DNA of 64,000 nt from a virus, in the IMG/VR virus record IMGVR_UViG_3300036985_002432, positions 28,213-92,212 of that record. One strand, 5' to 3'. Below, in pieces: positions 1-11,200 of this stretch (the first letter of the stretch is position 1; each line of letters starts with the position of its first letter). A program made the translations under genes and the position numbers. The notes below the pieces were generated by a model, which had not been told where the DNA came from, ran no database searches, and worked only from the letters and a program-made list of their open reading frames with translations.

Positions 1-2
1 CT

Positions 3-3000
3 ACTGAACTAGATTGTAATGCAATTAGATTAGCTAGACTAATGACAACACCATGTATTAAAGTTAGTAATGCTGTTGGTGCAGGAACTTTATTAAATGG
101 ATCTTACTCAGCAACTATTGCTTATACAATCAATGGACAAAAAGTAACTGACTATTTTTCAGCAAGTAATATACAACCAATATTTCATCCAGATAATTCA
201 TTAGGTTCAATTAGTATTCAAATAGATGCTGACACAGTTAACTTTGATGAATTTGTATTAGTAATAATTCAAACAGTCAATCAGGGGACAATTGCTAAAG
301 AAATTGGATACTATTCTACTAGAACAACTAATATAGAATTAGATCAAATTAAATTAGATTTAATTAATATACCTATTAAACAAATACCAATACAAACTCC
401 AATCTTTGAGAAATCAGATCAAATGATTGAGATAAATAATTATTTATTAAGAGTTGGTCCTACAGCAAAATTTGATTTTAACTATCAACCTTTAGCTAAT
501 TTAATTCAAGCAGAATGGGTATCAGTAGAATATCCTGCCAACTATTATGTTAATGGTGGTTCTAATACAAGTTACTTAAGAGATGAAGTATATGCTTTCT
601 TTATTAGATGGGTATATAATACAGGAGATAAATCATCTTCATATCATATTCCTGGTAGAGCTCCAATAAATTATAATGGTGACTTTGAAACAGATCCTTA
701 TTTTGATATAAATACTTTACAAGGTGACACTGATTTATTTCAAACAGTTAATACTGCAATACAAACAAGTAGTGTTCAATCAACTTTGCCTGATGGAGGA
801 TTAGTAGTGGCTAGAGGGAAAATGGGATACTGGCAGTCTACGGAAATTTATCCTGATAATAGACCAGACATATGGAATTCTTCATCTCAATGTTGGACAG
901 CTGTTTCTGTTCCACTTCCTGGTCAACCTGCACCTTTTGATTTATGTGGTAAACCAATTAGACATCACAAGTTTCCTGATAACCGTACAAACAATCATTT
1001 TAGTAATGGTGGTCAGAATATAAGATTAATGGGTGTTGATTTTAAAAACATTATATACCCTAAAGACAATGATGGTAATGATATAAGAGGTATTGTAGGA
1101 TATGAAATATTAAGAGGATCTAGAGAAGGTAATAAAACTATTATTGCTAAAGGTATGATTAATAATCTTAGAGACTATAATATTAAAAATGGAACTAATA
1201 GTTCAGTAGGTCAACCAACAGGATTATATCCTAACTATCCGTTTAATACTATTAGACCAGTAACTAACTCTAATAATCCAAATGATAATAATTATAATCT
1301 TAATGACCCTTATATAAAGTTAACAGATGAAAATGGTAATATAGTAGATCAAAATGTTCCTATTAACATGACTACCTTTCATTCACCGGATACTAATTTT
1401 AGAACACCTTTTCTTTCTAATTCAGAATTAAAGTTATATGGTAACTTAAAAGGAATAAGTACTCAACAATTTATAGTACCTGCACAACATCCTCAGTTTA
1501 AGTTATTAGGAAATTTAGTTATCTTTCCAATGTTTGTAGCTGGTATTATTGAAGCTCTTATATCTATGGGTGGTGAATTTACTATAAATAAACAACCAAC
1601 TACAGCAGGTTATAATCCTATTGCTTCTGGAACTAGTACTACAGCCGCAACAGGAGAAGCTGTTATGGGAGCAGCTGTTACGGCTTACAATACTGCTATT
1701 GCTACATATTTTTCATCAGGTGCATCAGTTGCTGATGCTTTTGTAGGATATACGGCTTTAGATGCAATCAATAGTACTTTTCAAGGATTTATAAATACAG
1801 CAGCAGCTTCTGGTACAGTTCAACATGGATATCTAACTTATCAACGTTCATTTGGAAAAACTGAATATCTTGGTCCAATATTAGGTACTATAGCTAACAT
1901 ACAACAATCTGTATATTATTTTTGTGAAGGAGCTGAATTAGCATTAAGATTAATGTATGCTTTAGCACCTTATGATGACTATGCCTTACAATCAATTGCG
2001 CATGGTTTTTATGATACTTATTTTACACCACTAAACACAAGTAGAGTAAGATTTAATCTAGCAGATAGTTTTTATTTAAAAGATGCTTTACAACAAGTAT
2101 CACAATTTCCAAATCCTGGTAATAAAAGATATCTTGTTAATAATCTTAAAAGATCAAATACAGTTGTATTAAGAACAACTAATAATCTTGGTGTTAATGA
2201 TGGACCTAGATTTATTAATAGTCCAAGTGATATTGCTAATAGTTCTGTAGATAATTCATTAGTTACATTAGGTACTGCTAATTTAGCAGGTATGGGTGTT
2301 AATACAGATGACAATCCATTTGATTCTTTTAATACAACTATTGCAAGTCATTATGCTGGAGTTAAAGTAAGAATAGATAATCAATATGGTCAACTAAATT
2401 CTATTAAACAAATTATAGTTACACCATGTGAACAAAAAATATCTGATTCAGGAATACAGACAATTACAACAAGTACATTTTGTCAAGGTATTGGTCAGTT
2501 ACTTCAACAAGTAATTTCATCTACTCCAGTATTTTTTGGAGGAGATACATATATAAATAGATATACAGAAAAAAATACTATGTTCTTTTTCTATGATTGG
2601 TTATATGGTCAACCAGATGGATTTGAATATAATTACTATTTAAGAAATATGATTGGTGCTCCAAGATTTTGGGCTAACAGTCAAAGATATGATGTAAATA
2701 ATTTAGGTGAATTATTTGATATTGGAAATCTTGAAAATTTACTTGAAGATATTGATGACGGTATAGGACCTTTTCCAACAAATTTTTATAATTTAGATCA
2801 AAGGAATTATAATTATAATGATGACTCACATGGTGATTATCCTGGATTGTTTAGAGTTAAAAAATCTTATTTTTATTTAAATAATTCTTCAGTAAGAGAT
2901 TTCTTTGTAGAGAGTGATGTAATAGTAGATTTTAGAGAAACAGGTATTCCTATATATGAAAAGGTTTATAACCCAAATACATATACGGATCTATTAACTA

Positions 3001-4604
3001 TGTTTACTAATAATCCGGAAACTATTACAAGAGGAAACTATTATGCATATGACTATTCACTAAGTGTATCTAAAATATTTACACAGTATTTTTCACAAGC
3101 AAGTTTGCAAAGTAGATATTATGATCCTAATGTATCTAAGTTATGTTTTACTTATTATCCTGATAGAATAATATATTCATTACCTCAACAACAACAATCA
3201 TTTAAAGATAGTTGGTATGTGTATTTAGCTAATAACTATAAAGAGTTTAAGAATCAAATTAGTGGAGTTAAAAACTTTGCTAAGACTGGTATCTTTATTA
3301 CATTTAAAAATGCAAGTCCTTTAGTTATACAAGGTGTTGACCAATTAGAAACTGAATCAGGTACTAAGATCACAATTGGTGATGGTGGATTATTTGCACA
3401 AACTCCTCAAAGTGTTATAATTGCAGATGATGCATATGAGTATGGTTCTTCTCAAAATAGAAGAAGTGTTATATCCACTCCTGCAGGAATGTTTTACATG
3501 TCACAGAATCAAGGTAAAATATTTCAATATACTCAAGGTATAACTGAAATATCTTCTGAAGGATTAAAGTGGTGGTATACTCTTTTCATGCCATATAAAC
3601 TTACTGAAGATTTTCCAGACTATCCGCATCAAGATAATCCAGTAGCAGGTATTGGATGTCAATCAGTATTTGATAATCAAAATAGTGTATTGTATTTCTG
3701 TAAAAAAGATTATAAGTTAAAACCACAATATAAAGATTTAGTAACTTATAATACTAATACTGATGCATTTATGTTAGGTCAAACACCATTTGCATTAGGT
3801 AATCCAATTTTATTTGAAGATGCTTCATGGACAACTAGTTATGATCCTAAAACTAAATTCTGGATTTCATTTCATGACTGGCATCCTGATTTAGTAATGC
3901 CTTCTAAGCATACATTTATGACTACAAAAGAAAATGGAATCTGGAGACATAATGATTCATGTAATTCTTATTGTAATTACTATGGAGCAGACTACCCATT
4001 TGAAATAGAGATACCAATGGTAACAGGGCAAACTGTTACTACTGTAAAATCTATGGAGTATTTATTAGAATGTTATAAGAGATCAGAGTTTAATTGTGTG
4101 GATCAATTCCAAGTGTTAGACTTTAACTTTGATAGAGCTGTAGTATTTAATGCAGAACAAGTATCAGGATATCTTAACTTAAATATATTTCCTAAAAATA
4201 ATATTACATTAAGTTTAGACTACCCAAAATATAATCCGGGTAATCCTTCTTATGATATATTATTTAGTAAAGAAGAAAACAAATATAGATTTAATCAGTT
4301 TTGGGATATAACAAAAGATAGAGGAGAGTTTCCTATTGGTTCAGTATATCCAAATACTACACCAGTAATTGCAGGTACTACAATTCTACCGGGTGCACAT
4401 ACACAAGAAAATCTTTGGGTAACTCAATCTAATGGATATATTAAAACACTTAATCCTGTTAATCTTGATTACGCTAAAGATCCATTACAAAGAAAAAAGA
4501 TGAGACATTATTTAAATTTATTACATTTGAGAAAAGATGTTTCAGGAGATATCAATATGATATTAAAAATAAGTAATAGTAAAAATCAAATATCACTTAG
4601 GTAA
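3..4604 (+). CDS. Large tail/virion structural protein (crAss-like tail stabilisation/nozzle type), 5'-partial
   Basis: Frame is open from base 3 (TELDCNAIRLARL) upstream of the ATG at 42, so the gene starts outside the window. Over 1520 aa, rich in Y/N/F/G; the C-terminal WTTSYDP..WISFHDW region resembles crAss-like tail stabilisation proteins; lies just upstream of the cargo genes. Confidence 0.65.
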   Translation, partial: TELDCNAIRLARLMTTPCIKVSNAVGAGTLLNGSYSATIAYTINGQKVTDYFSASNIQPIFHPDNSLGSISIQIDADTVNFDEFVLVIIQTVNQGTIAKEIGYYSTRTTNIELDQIKLDLINIPIKQIPIQTPIFEKSDQMIEINNYLLRVGPTAKFDFNYQPLANLIQAEWVSVEYPANYYVNGGSNTSYLRDEVYAFFIRWVYNTGDKSSSYHIPGRAPINYNGDFETDPYFDINTLQGDTDLFQTVNTAIQTSSVQSTLPDGGLVVARGKMGYWQSTEIYPDNRPDIWNSSSQCWTAVSVPLPGQPAPFDLCGKPIRHHKFPDNRTNNHFSNGGQNIRLMGVDFKNIIYPKDNDGNDIRGIVGYEILRGSREGNKTIIAKGMINNLRDYNIKNGTNSSVGQPTGLYPNYPFNTIRPVTNSNNPNDNNYNLNDPYIKLTDENGNIVDQNVPINMTTFHSPDTNFRTPFLSNSELKLYGNLKGISTQQFIVPAQHPQFKLLGNLVIFPMFVAGIIEALISMGGEFTINKQPTTAGYNPIASGTSTTAATGEAVMGAAVTAYNTAIATYFSSGASVADAFVGYTALDAINSTFQGFINTAAASGTVQHGYLTYQRSFGKTEYLGPILGTIANIQQSVYYFCEGAELALRLMYALAPYDDYALQSIAHGFYDTYFTPLNTSRVRFNLADSFYLKDALQQVSQFPNPGNKRYLVNNLKRSNTVVLRTTNNLGVNDGPRFINSPSDIANSSVDNSLVTLGTANLAGMGVNTDDNPFDSFNTTIASHYAGVKVRIDNQYGQLNSIKQIIVTPCEQKISDSGIQTITTSTFCQGIGQLLQQVISSTPVFFGGDTYINRYTEKNTMFFFYDWLYGQPDGFEYNYYLRNMIGAPRFWANSQRYDVNNLGELFDIGNLENLLEDIDDGIGPFPTNFYNLDQRNYNYNDDSHGDYPGLFRVKKSYFYLNNSSVRDFFVESDVIVDFRETGIPIYEKVYNPNTYTDLLTMFTNNPETITRGNYYAYDYSLSVSKIFTQYFSQASLQSRYYDPNVSKLCFTYYPDRIIYSLPQQQQSFKDSWYVYLANNYKEFKNQISGVKNFAKTGIFITFKNASPLVIQGVDQLETESGTKITIGDGGLFAQTPQSVIIADDAYEYGSSQNRRSVISTPAGMFYMSQNQGKIFQYTQGITEISSEGLKWWYTLFMPYKLTEDFPDYPHQDNPVAGIGCQSVFDNQNSVLYFCKKDYKLKPQYKDLVTYNTNTDAFMLGQTPFALGNPILFEDASWTTSYDPKTKFWISFHDWHPDLVMPSKHTFMTTKENGIWRHNDSCNSYCNYYGADYPFEIEIPMVTGQTVTTVKSMEYLLECYKRSEFNCVDQFQVLDFNFDRAVVFNAEQVSGYLNLNIFPKNNITLSLDYPKYNPGNPSYDILFSKEENKYRFNQFWDITKDRGEFPIGSVYPNTTPVIAGTTILPGAHTQENLWVTQSNGYIKTLNPVNLDYAKDPLQRKKMRHYLNLLHLRKDVSGDINMILKISNSKNQISLR

Positions 4605-7600
4605 TGAGTTATAATAGAAAAGTACTTAAGACAGCTACTAAAGAATTAGGAAAAGCTAAAGCACCAGCTAAACCAAAAGATATTATTATTGATCCAATGG
4701 GTCAATGGAAATATCCTGGACAAAATACTAGAATACCTGGTAGTAATATTACTATGCAAAATGTTTCTTATCCTGTATGGGCACAACCTAATGTAGGACC
4801 TGGTGCAATGATGTATCCTGAACAAGAATATCAATTTCCAGGAGCAGATTATGTAGATGAATTTCCTCAAGGTAGTAATGAAGATTATTATGAAGATGAA
4901 CTTGATGAAGAACAAATAGCAGAGTTAAGAGCAGGAGGATATACAGTAGAAGATATATCTGTACCTTCTGTAGGTAATTACAAACAAGGTGGTTCTTTAC
5001 TTACTAAGAAAGTAGCATGTAAAAAATGTGGTTGGAAATGGGATGCTGCAGATGGTGGTGATGATGTTACTACATGTCATAAGTGTGGTGGTGAAGGATT
5101 AATACATGCTCAAACTGGTTTCTCAAGTCCTTATTATTCATATGGTGACAAAAAGTATATGAAAAAAAGTAATGATTGGTTAGTAGATTATAATGGTAAA
5201 TATGTTCCTCTATCTAAAAATGTTGCTGCAAGAAGTACTGAATTAAATAAAAATGCTAAATACGTTCCTGCCAAAACATTAGAAAAATCTCCATATCAAT
5301 TACAACAAGAAGCTAAATTAAAGTCAGGTCAATCTAATTATGATATGATGGCTAGTAATAAACCTCAAGTAGCTGATAATACAAAAGTTGTTAAAAATAA
5401 AATTGCAAGCTTAAGTGAACTTGCTGCAGCAGAAGCTATAAAAAAAGAATTTGTAGAAACTGAAAAAAAAATAAAAAATGATTTTAATAATACTACTCAG
5501 TATTATGAAGATTATCATAAATCGCCAATGTATAAAAGTATGCTTAACAATAGTATGCGAGATTGGGGATGGGCAAAAGAAGATCCTTCTAATATTAGTG
5601 AAGGCAGATCTCAAAATTTAAAAAGTTTAGAATCACCTACTGTTTTAAAGGTTCAACCAACAGGAGAAGATGAAAATACAGGTGGATGGTCTTCTGGTAG
5701 TACAGGTAATATAACTGTTACACCACTAGGGTATAAAGTACAAGGAATACTTCCTCATGAAATATCACACAGTATAGATAGGCCTCTACATAGGTGGAGT
5801 GATAGATTGATACCTACTAAAGATATAGCCGCTATTAATAAATTTAAACCTAAAAATTTTATAACTTCTTTAGAATTTCAAAATTTATCTTCTTCTGACC
5901 AAAAAATGATATTAAATAATCCAGAAGACGAATATGTAAAAGAATATGTAAAAAATAAAGAAGAATGGAATGATTATGTTGGCACACCTACAGAAACAAG
6001 AGCTAGATTAAATGATATTAGAATGCAATCAAAATTTAAAGGTGTATATGATCCTTTTACTCAAAAAGTATCTCCTGATATTTATAAAAAACTTTTAAAT
6101 ACACCTTTTGAAAAAGATAAAAATGAAGGGTTTGATGCTTTAAAACAACTTAAAGGTATTTATACGGATAAACAAATTCAATGGATGTTAAATAATATCT
6201 CAAAAAATCAAGAACAAAATCAAGAAAATATTGAGCAAGGTGTTGCAAGAAAAGGTGGTAGTCTTAAAAAGTATTCTAGAAGTTTAGAAGCTACTAATAA
6301 ATTATTTCATGTATCACCTTTATTAAAAAAAGCAAAGTCTAAAAAGAAAAAAATATTTGATCCTAGTTCTAGTTATTTTCAAGATGGTGGTTTTCTTCCT
6401 CAAGCACAATTTGGACTAAATGTAGATGAGAATGGTAAGCCTATCTATTATACTGAAGAAGAATACAGACATATGTCTGAAGCTAATCAAAGAGGAGATG
6501 TAGGTACAGAAAGTAATCCTACTGTAACAGATGAAGTTACAGTAAAAGCTCAAGGTCCTGATTGGGCTAAGTATGAAAAAGAATATTTAAGTAAACAAAG
6601 TAGAGATCAATTTATTGCAGATAAAAAAAGAGAGTATATTAAAAGACAAAAAAATCTTAATAGACTTGCTGGAGTTACAATGGATAATTTTCCAGAAGAA
6701 GTAGAAAGAAACTTTGGTAACCGCTTTGATTATAATAAAAATAGTTATATAACTAGAAGACTTGGTAAACAAGATCATTTTAATCCAAAACGTAGAGGAG
6801 AATGGATTGATGAATTAACTCCAACAGAAAGAAAAATAGTTGCAGACTCAAAGTATGGTAGTAAACTACAACCAAATCTTTGGAAAACATCACTTGCAGG
6901 ATTACAAGAACTTGGTAATGCTGCTATTAAAGCAAGTACATTTGGTATTGTAAATAAAGATGTATTAAAAAATAGAATATCAGGATTAACAAAAAAAGAA
7001 CAAGCAGAAATTGCTAATTCAAATACTGGTGCATTAAGCACAATGGATTTTATAGATCTTGCTGGAGCTGGTATATCTAATTTTGGATTTAATAGAGGAC
7101 TAAGTACTGGTTCTGACTATAAAGAGTTACCTTCATGGAGTTCAGGAGAATTAATGCCTAATGTAACTAGAACACATGCAACGTTAATGAATCCACTTAA
7201 TCTTATTGCACTGGGAGAACTAACGGCAGGTAAATCTTTATTAGGTTTAGGAGCAAATCAACTTAAGCAATTTGGAAAAACTGCTCCTGGTCTTATGAAA
7301 GAAGTACCTACAATAGTTAAATCTGTTGCAGATGCAAGTTATATGGGTATGAGACCAAGAAAACTTTATAGTCCTTTAAATTTAATTTCTAGATATGGAA
7401 AAAAAGTAGAGGGTAACATAACACCACTTGGTAATGTATTAAAAAGAACAATTCATAATGATGCTATTGGAGAACCTATTTCATGGGGAAACCGTACATG
7501 GAAATCAGTAACTGGAAAACCAATAGCACAAAATTTACTTAAGGAAAGACCAGGAGCTACAAATAATATTTTTTCAATGCAAGTAGATCCTACAATTGCA

Positions 7601-8176
7601 GGATCAAATATATCAAAAGGTGCAACTGAACTACCAAATAAATTAAAAAATCTTAATTGGAAGCCAACAACTGAACTTAATTATATGGGTAAACCAACAA
7701 CTTCAATACCTTTAAATGATGCAGGTCTTTCAATAAATAGAAGACTTCCTTTTTCTAATAGATATGTCTCTGTAGATCCACAAAAATTAATGAATAATAA
7801 ATTTCAATGGTCAACTGCAGGTTCAGGTGTTCAAAATTTAGCAGAAAAATATGCAAGTACAAACGGAATCTTTGGTGGTATTGGATTAGGAGCAGTGGGT
7901 TATGGAGCTCTTAAAGAAGGTCAAAATCCAATTAGTGTTTATAATACAGTAAATCCACTTACAGGTAATAAAAAAGGATATGATGCCTATACATTAATGG
8001 GAGAAAATACTTTTAAAAAATATATATCTAAACCAAATCCTTATTTTATTAGAGATATTGGTCAAGGAACAGGTTTAATTGAAAAAGCTGATGGAGGTTC
8101 AATTGAAATGGATGTAGATGATGATATGATACAATATCTATTATCACAAGGATATGATGTAGAAGACATTTACTAA
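4604..8176 (+). CDS. Putative virion cargo protein with Zn-ribbon and zincin metallopeptidase-like domain
   Basis: 1190-aa ORF, TAATG-coupled to the previous gene; CKKC..CHKC motif; HEISH at 5756-5770 with a downstream TETRARL glutamate; several xxGG motifs. Confidence 0.6.
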   Translation: MSYNRKVLKTATKELGKAKAPAKPKDIIIDPMGQWKYPGQNTRIPGSNITMQNVSYPVWAQPNVGPGAMMYPEQEYQFPGADYVDEFPQGSNEDYYEDELDEEQIAELRAGGYTVEDISVPSVGNYKQGGSLLTKKVACKKCGWKWDAADGGDDVTTCHKCGGEGLIHAQTGFSSPYYSYGDKKYMKKSNDWLVDYNGKYVPLSKNVAARSTELNKNAKYVPAKTLEKSPYQLQQEAKLKSGQSNYDMMASNKPQVADNTKVVKNKIASLSELAAAEAIKKEFVETEKKIKNDFNNTTQYYEDYHKSPMYKSMLNNSMRDWGWAKEDPSNISEGRSQNLKSLESPTVLKVQPTGEDENTGGWSSGSTGNITVTPLGYKVQGILPHEISHSIDRPLHRWSDRLIPTKDIAAINKFKPKNFITSLEFQNLSSSDQKMILNNPEDEYVKEYVKNKEEWNDYVGTPTETRARLNDIRMQSKFKGVYDPFTQKVSPDIYKKLLNTPFEKDKNEGFDALKQLKGIYTDKQIQWMLNNISKNQEQNQENIEQGVARKGGSLKKYSRSLEATNKLFHVSPLLKKAKSKKKKIFDPSSSYFQDGGFLPQAQFGLNVDENGKPIYYTEEEYRHMSEANQRGDVGTESNPTVTDEVTVKAQGPDWAKYEKEYLSKQSRDQFIADKKREYIKRQKNLNRLAGVTMDNFPEEVERNFGNRFDYNKNSYITRRLGKQDHFNPKRRGEWIDELTPTERKIVADSKYGSKLQPNLWKTSLAGLQELGNAAIKASTFGIVNKDVLKNRISGLTKKEQAEIANSNTGALSTMDFIDLAGAGISNFGFNRGLSTGSDYKELPSWSSGELMPNVTRTHATLMNPLNLIALGELTAGKSLLGLGANQLKQFGKTAPGLMKEVPTIVKSVADASYMGMRPRKLYSPLNLISRYGKKVEGNITPLGNVLKRTIHNDAIGEPISWGNRTWKSVTGKPIAQNLLKERPGATNNIFSMQVDPTIAGSNISKGATELPNKLKNLNWKPTTELNYMGKPTTSIPLNDAGLSINRRLPFSNRYVSVDPQKLMNNKFQWSTAGSGVQNLAEKYASTNGIFGGIGLGAVGYGALKEGQNPISVYNTVNPLTGNKKGYDAYTLMGENTFKKYISKPNPYFIRDIGQGTGLIEKADGGSIEMDVDDDMIQYLLSQGYDVEDIY

Positions 8177-8225
8177 ACATTTAAAGTTTATAGTTTAAAC
8201 TAAAATTTATTATATTTATAATATA
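8169..8225 (+). promoter_or_regulatory. Candidate phage late promoter (AGTTTA-N20-TATATTTA) with palindrome TAAAC-N7-GTTTA
   Basis: Same motifs with the same spacing recur at 15012-15068; resembles the Bacteroidota -33 TTTG / -7 TAnnTTTG promoter with terminal G changed to A. Confidence 0.55.
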
Positions 8226-8235
8226 AAGTATACTT

Positions 8236-11200
8236 ATGAAAAGACGTGTAAGAATATATAAAGCTGGAGGACAACATGGTTCTTATATAAATAAGACAGC
8301 TCAATATTTCCAAGAAGGTGGTATGCAGATGCAAGAAGAAGTTGCACCTGAAGAACAACCTGCTCAAGAACCAAGTGATGAACAAGTTATTACATTCATT
8401 ATGCAAACTCTATCACAACCTAATGGTAGTATAGAACAAGCTAAGCAACAACTTGTACAAGCAAATATAAATCCTGCACGTATTACACAATTATCAGAAG
8501 CTGCATTAGAGTATATTAATCAACAACAAGATATAGCATTAGCTGAAGCAACTGGTAATGAAGAAGATGCTGCAGCAATGCAATTAGAACAAGATGCTAA
8601 TGATAGAGCAGTTGCTGAAGAAGAACAAGCTGCTCAACAAGCTGCACAGAATCAAGAGATGTATGCACAATCAGAAGAAAGTGCTGTAGATCCAAATGAA
8701 AATGATGACAGTAGTGCTGCTTATATGCGTAGTGGAGGTATGCCTAATAAAAGAGCATACATAAGTAACTTTATAAAACTTGCCAAAAAACAAGAAGGTG
8801 GAGATACAGAAGAATCTAAATCAGATATTAAAACAGATATCCCAGTAGGAGGTAGAGTAGAGAAAGTAAGTAAATTTCATAATGCATTAAAAAGTACTGC
8901 AAATAATGTTGCACTTAAAGAACAAGCAGAGAAACAATATGAGCAACAGATGCAACAAATGCAGCAGATGCCACCACAAGGTTATGCACAAGATGGTGGA
9001 GACACTGAATCTGGTGTATCAGATTTTGACCCATATCATAATTTAGAACATTATAGTGGAGCTTTTGAACATTCAATGCCTTTTAATGCATTAACTGAAG
9101 CACAGTTTGGTGGATGGGGTCATGGTAGAGAAAGACGTGCAGCAAGAAGAATGAATAGAATGATGCCACAAGGATTTAATCAAATGGCTAATATAATGGG
9201 TAATATGGGTAATCAAATGATTAATCCCTTTATGCAACAACAAATGAATTCTCTTGCACAGTTTATGCCTAATCAAGGTAACTTAGGTTTAGCTAATATT
9301 GATGTACGTAGAACCGGTATATTTGGTAGACCAAAAGAATATACTATTAATTTTAATACAGCATCTCCTGTAACTATTAAAGATGTTGCAGATACAAAAA
9401 AGCAAGAAATTAATAATGCAGAAACAACTAAAAAAGAAGTTGAAGAAACAGTTAAAGAAGAAGAAACTAATACAGCAACTACTAAGAATGCTGAAGTAGA
9501 AAAAACAGCAGATGAATTACCAGAAGAATCAGATATAACAGTTACTACAAATGAAGTAAAAAGAAACAGTGGTAAAAATTTATCAGGTGGAAATGAAAAT
9601 GTAAATGTTATTGGAAATGGTACTGGAATTATGCCAATACCGGAACAACAACCAATACAAAGTAAAGGTGTAATTCAAAATGCAATTAATAAAGCAAACC
9701 AATACCCTAGTATAGGAACTAATCAAAATATTACTCCAATTACCGGTGCAAAAGTTGGACCATTTGATTTTACAAAAATAGCAAATGTAGGACAAGGTAT
9801 GGGTAATGTCCTTGCACAAACTGTTCAAGATAAAGCTAAAGCTGAAAAAATAGCTAAGTGGAAAGAACATTTAAGACAAGAAAAAATTAATGCATTACCA
9901 TTTTTAGAAAAACAAATGTGGTATGCACAACATCCAGAAGATAAACCAAAAATTAAACCAGGTAAAAAACCAATATCTACAAGTAATAATGGAGTTATTA
10001 AATGGCAACAAGGTGGATTTACAGATCCTAATTCTGGCTTATATAAATTCATGGGTGGTGGAGAAGACATGGATCAAGCTAACTTAGATTATTCTGATTC
10101 TAAAAATATATCAACTCCATATTTTTCAAATGGTGGTTTATATAGATTTCAAAAAGAAGGTGAAGTTACTGATGAGAATACATGTCTTCCAGGTATGACT
10201 GGTTGTTTCCCACAAGGATCTGCAGGAAATAAAGAAGTAGTAGAATTAACTGAAGATGAAAAAGCAGCTAAGGTTATTGCAGATAAAGAAGCTGCTGATA
10301 AGCTTGTAGCATCTAAAATAGCTTCTGATAAACTTGCTGCAGAAACAGCAAGAAATGCTTACATTGATGAGCAAATGAAAAAAGGAAATAATACAAATGG
10401 TAATATAGACTATGAAAACTTTAATTATGCACAACAGTATTTGCAAAATCTAGGTTTAGGAGCAAATAATCCTTTTTCATTTATATCCCGTGGAAACAAC
10501 TGGAATAAAGCAATAGGAAGTCCTTATGGTACAGGAACACTTAATCCTATTAGTGGAATGATTGGACCTAATGCACAAGTAAGTAGTATTAATGTAGATA
10601 AAACTAGAATGTTTGGCCCTAATAAAGGAGCTCCAAAAAAGTTTACAGTAAATTATAATGTACCAGGACAACCAGGTATTAATGCATCAGGTACACCACA
10701 AAGTTATGTAGGATCAGATGGACAAACACATTGGATGAATAATGGTAATCAATCTTCTAAAGGTAATCAAGAAACAGGTAGAAAAAGACCAGTAGCAGAT
10801 ATGTTACTAAGATCTAGAGTTCCTGGTTTACAACAATTAGGTGCAAAAATGTATCCATGGGAAAATAATAATACATCAGAATCTATGTCAGGATTACATG
10901 ATAAAGGTGATGAAGCTTATAAAGAACATTTTGGACATTATCCAGGTGAAGAAAAAATTAGTACAAAATTTATACATCCTACTCAAGATCAATTAGAAAA
11001 TGAAACATATGGACCAATTCCTGGATCAACTCCAGAAACTGATTCAGGATATCAACTTGATGCTGAAGGTATGAGAGCAATACCACAATATGAATCTCCT
11101 TATAGTAAATTACAAACTAGACCACTTGAAAGATTTACCAATACTCCAGAACTTGTACCAATGAATTTCCCAGGTGTTGGTTCTAATTATAGAGAAAGAC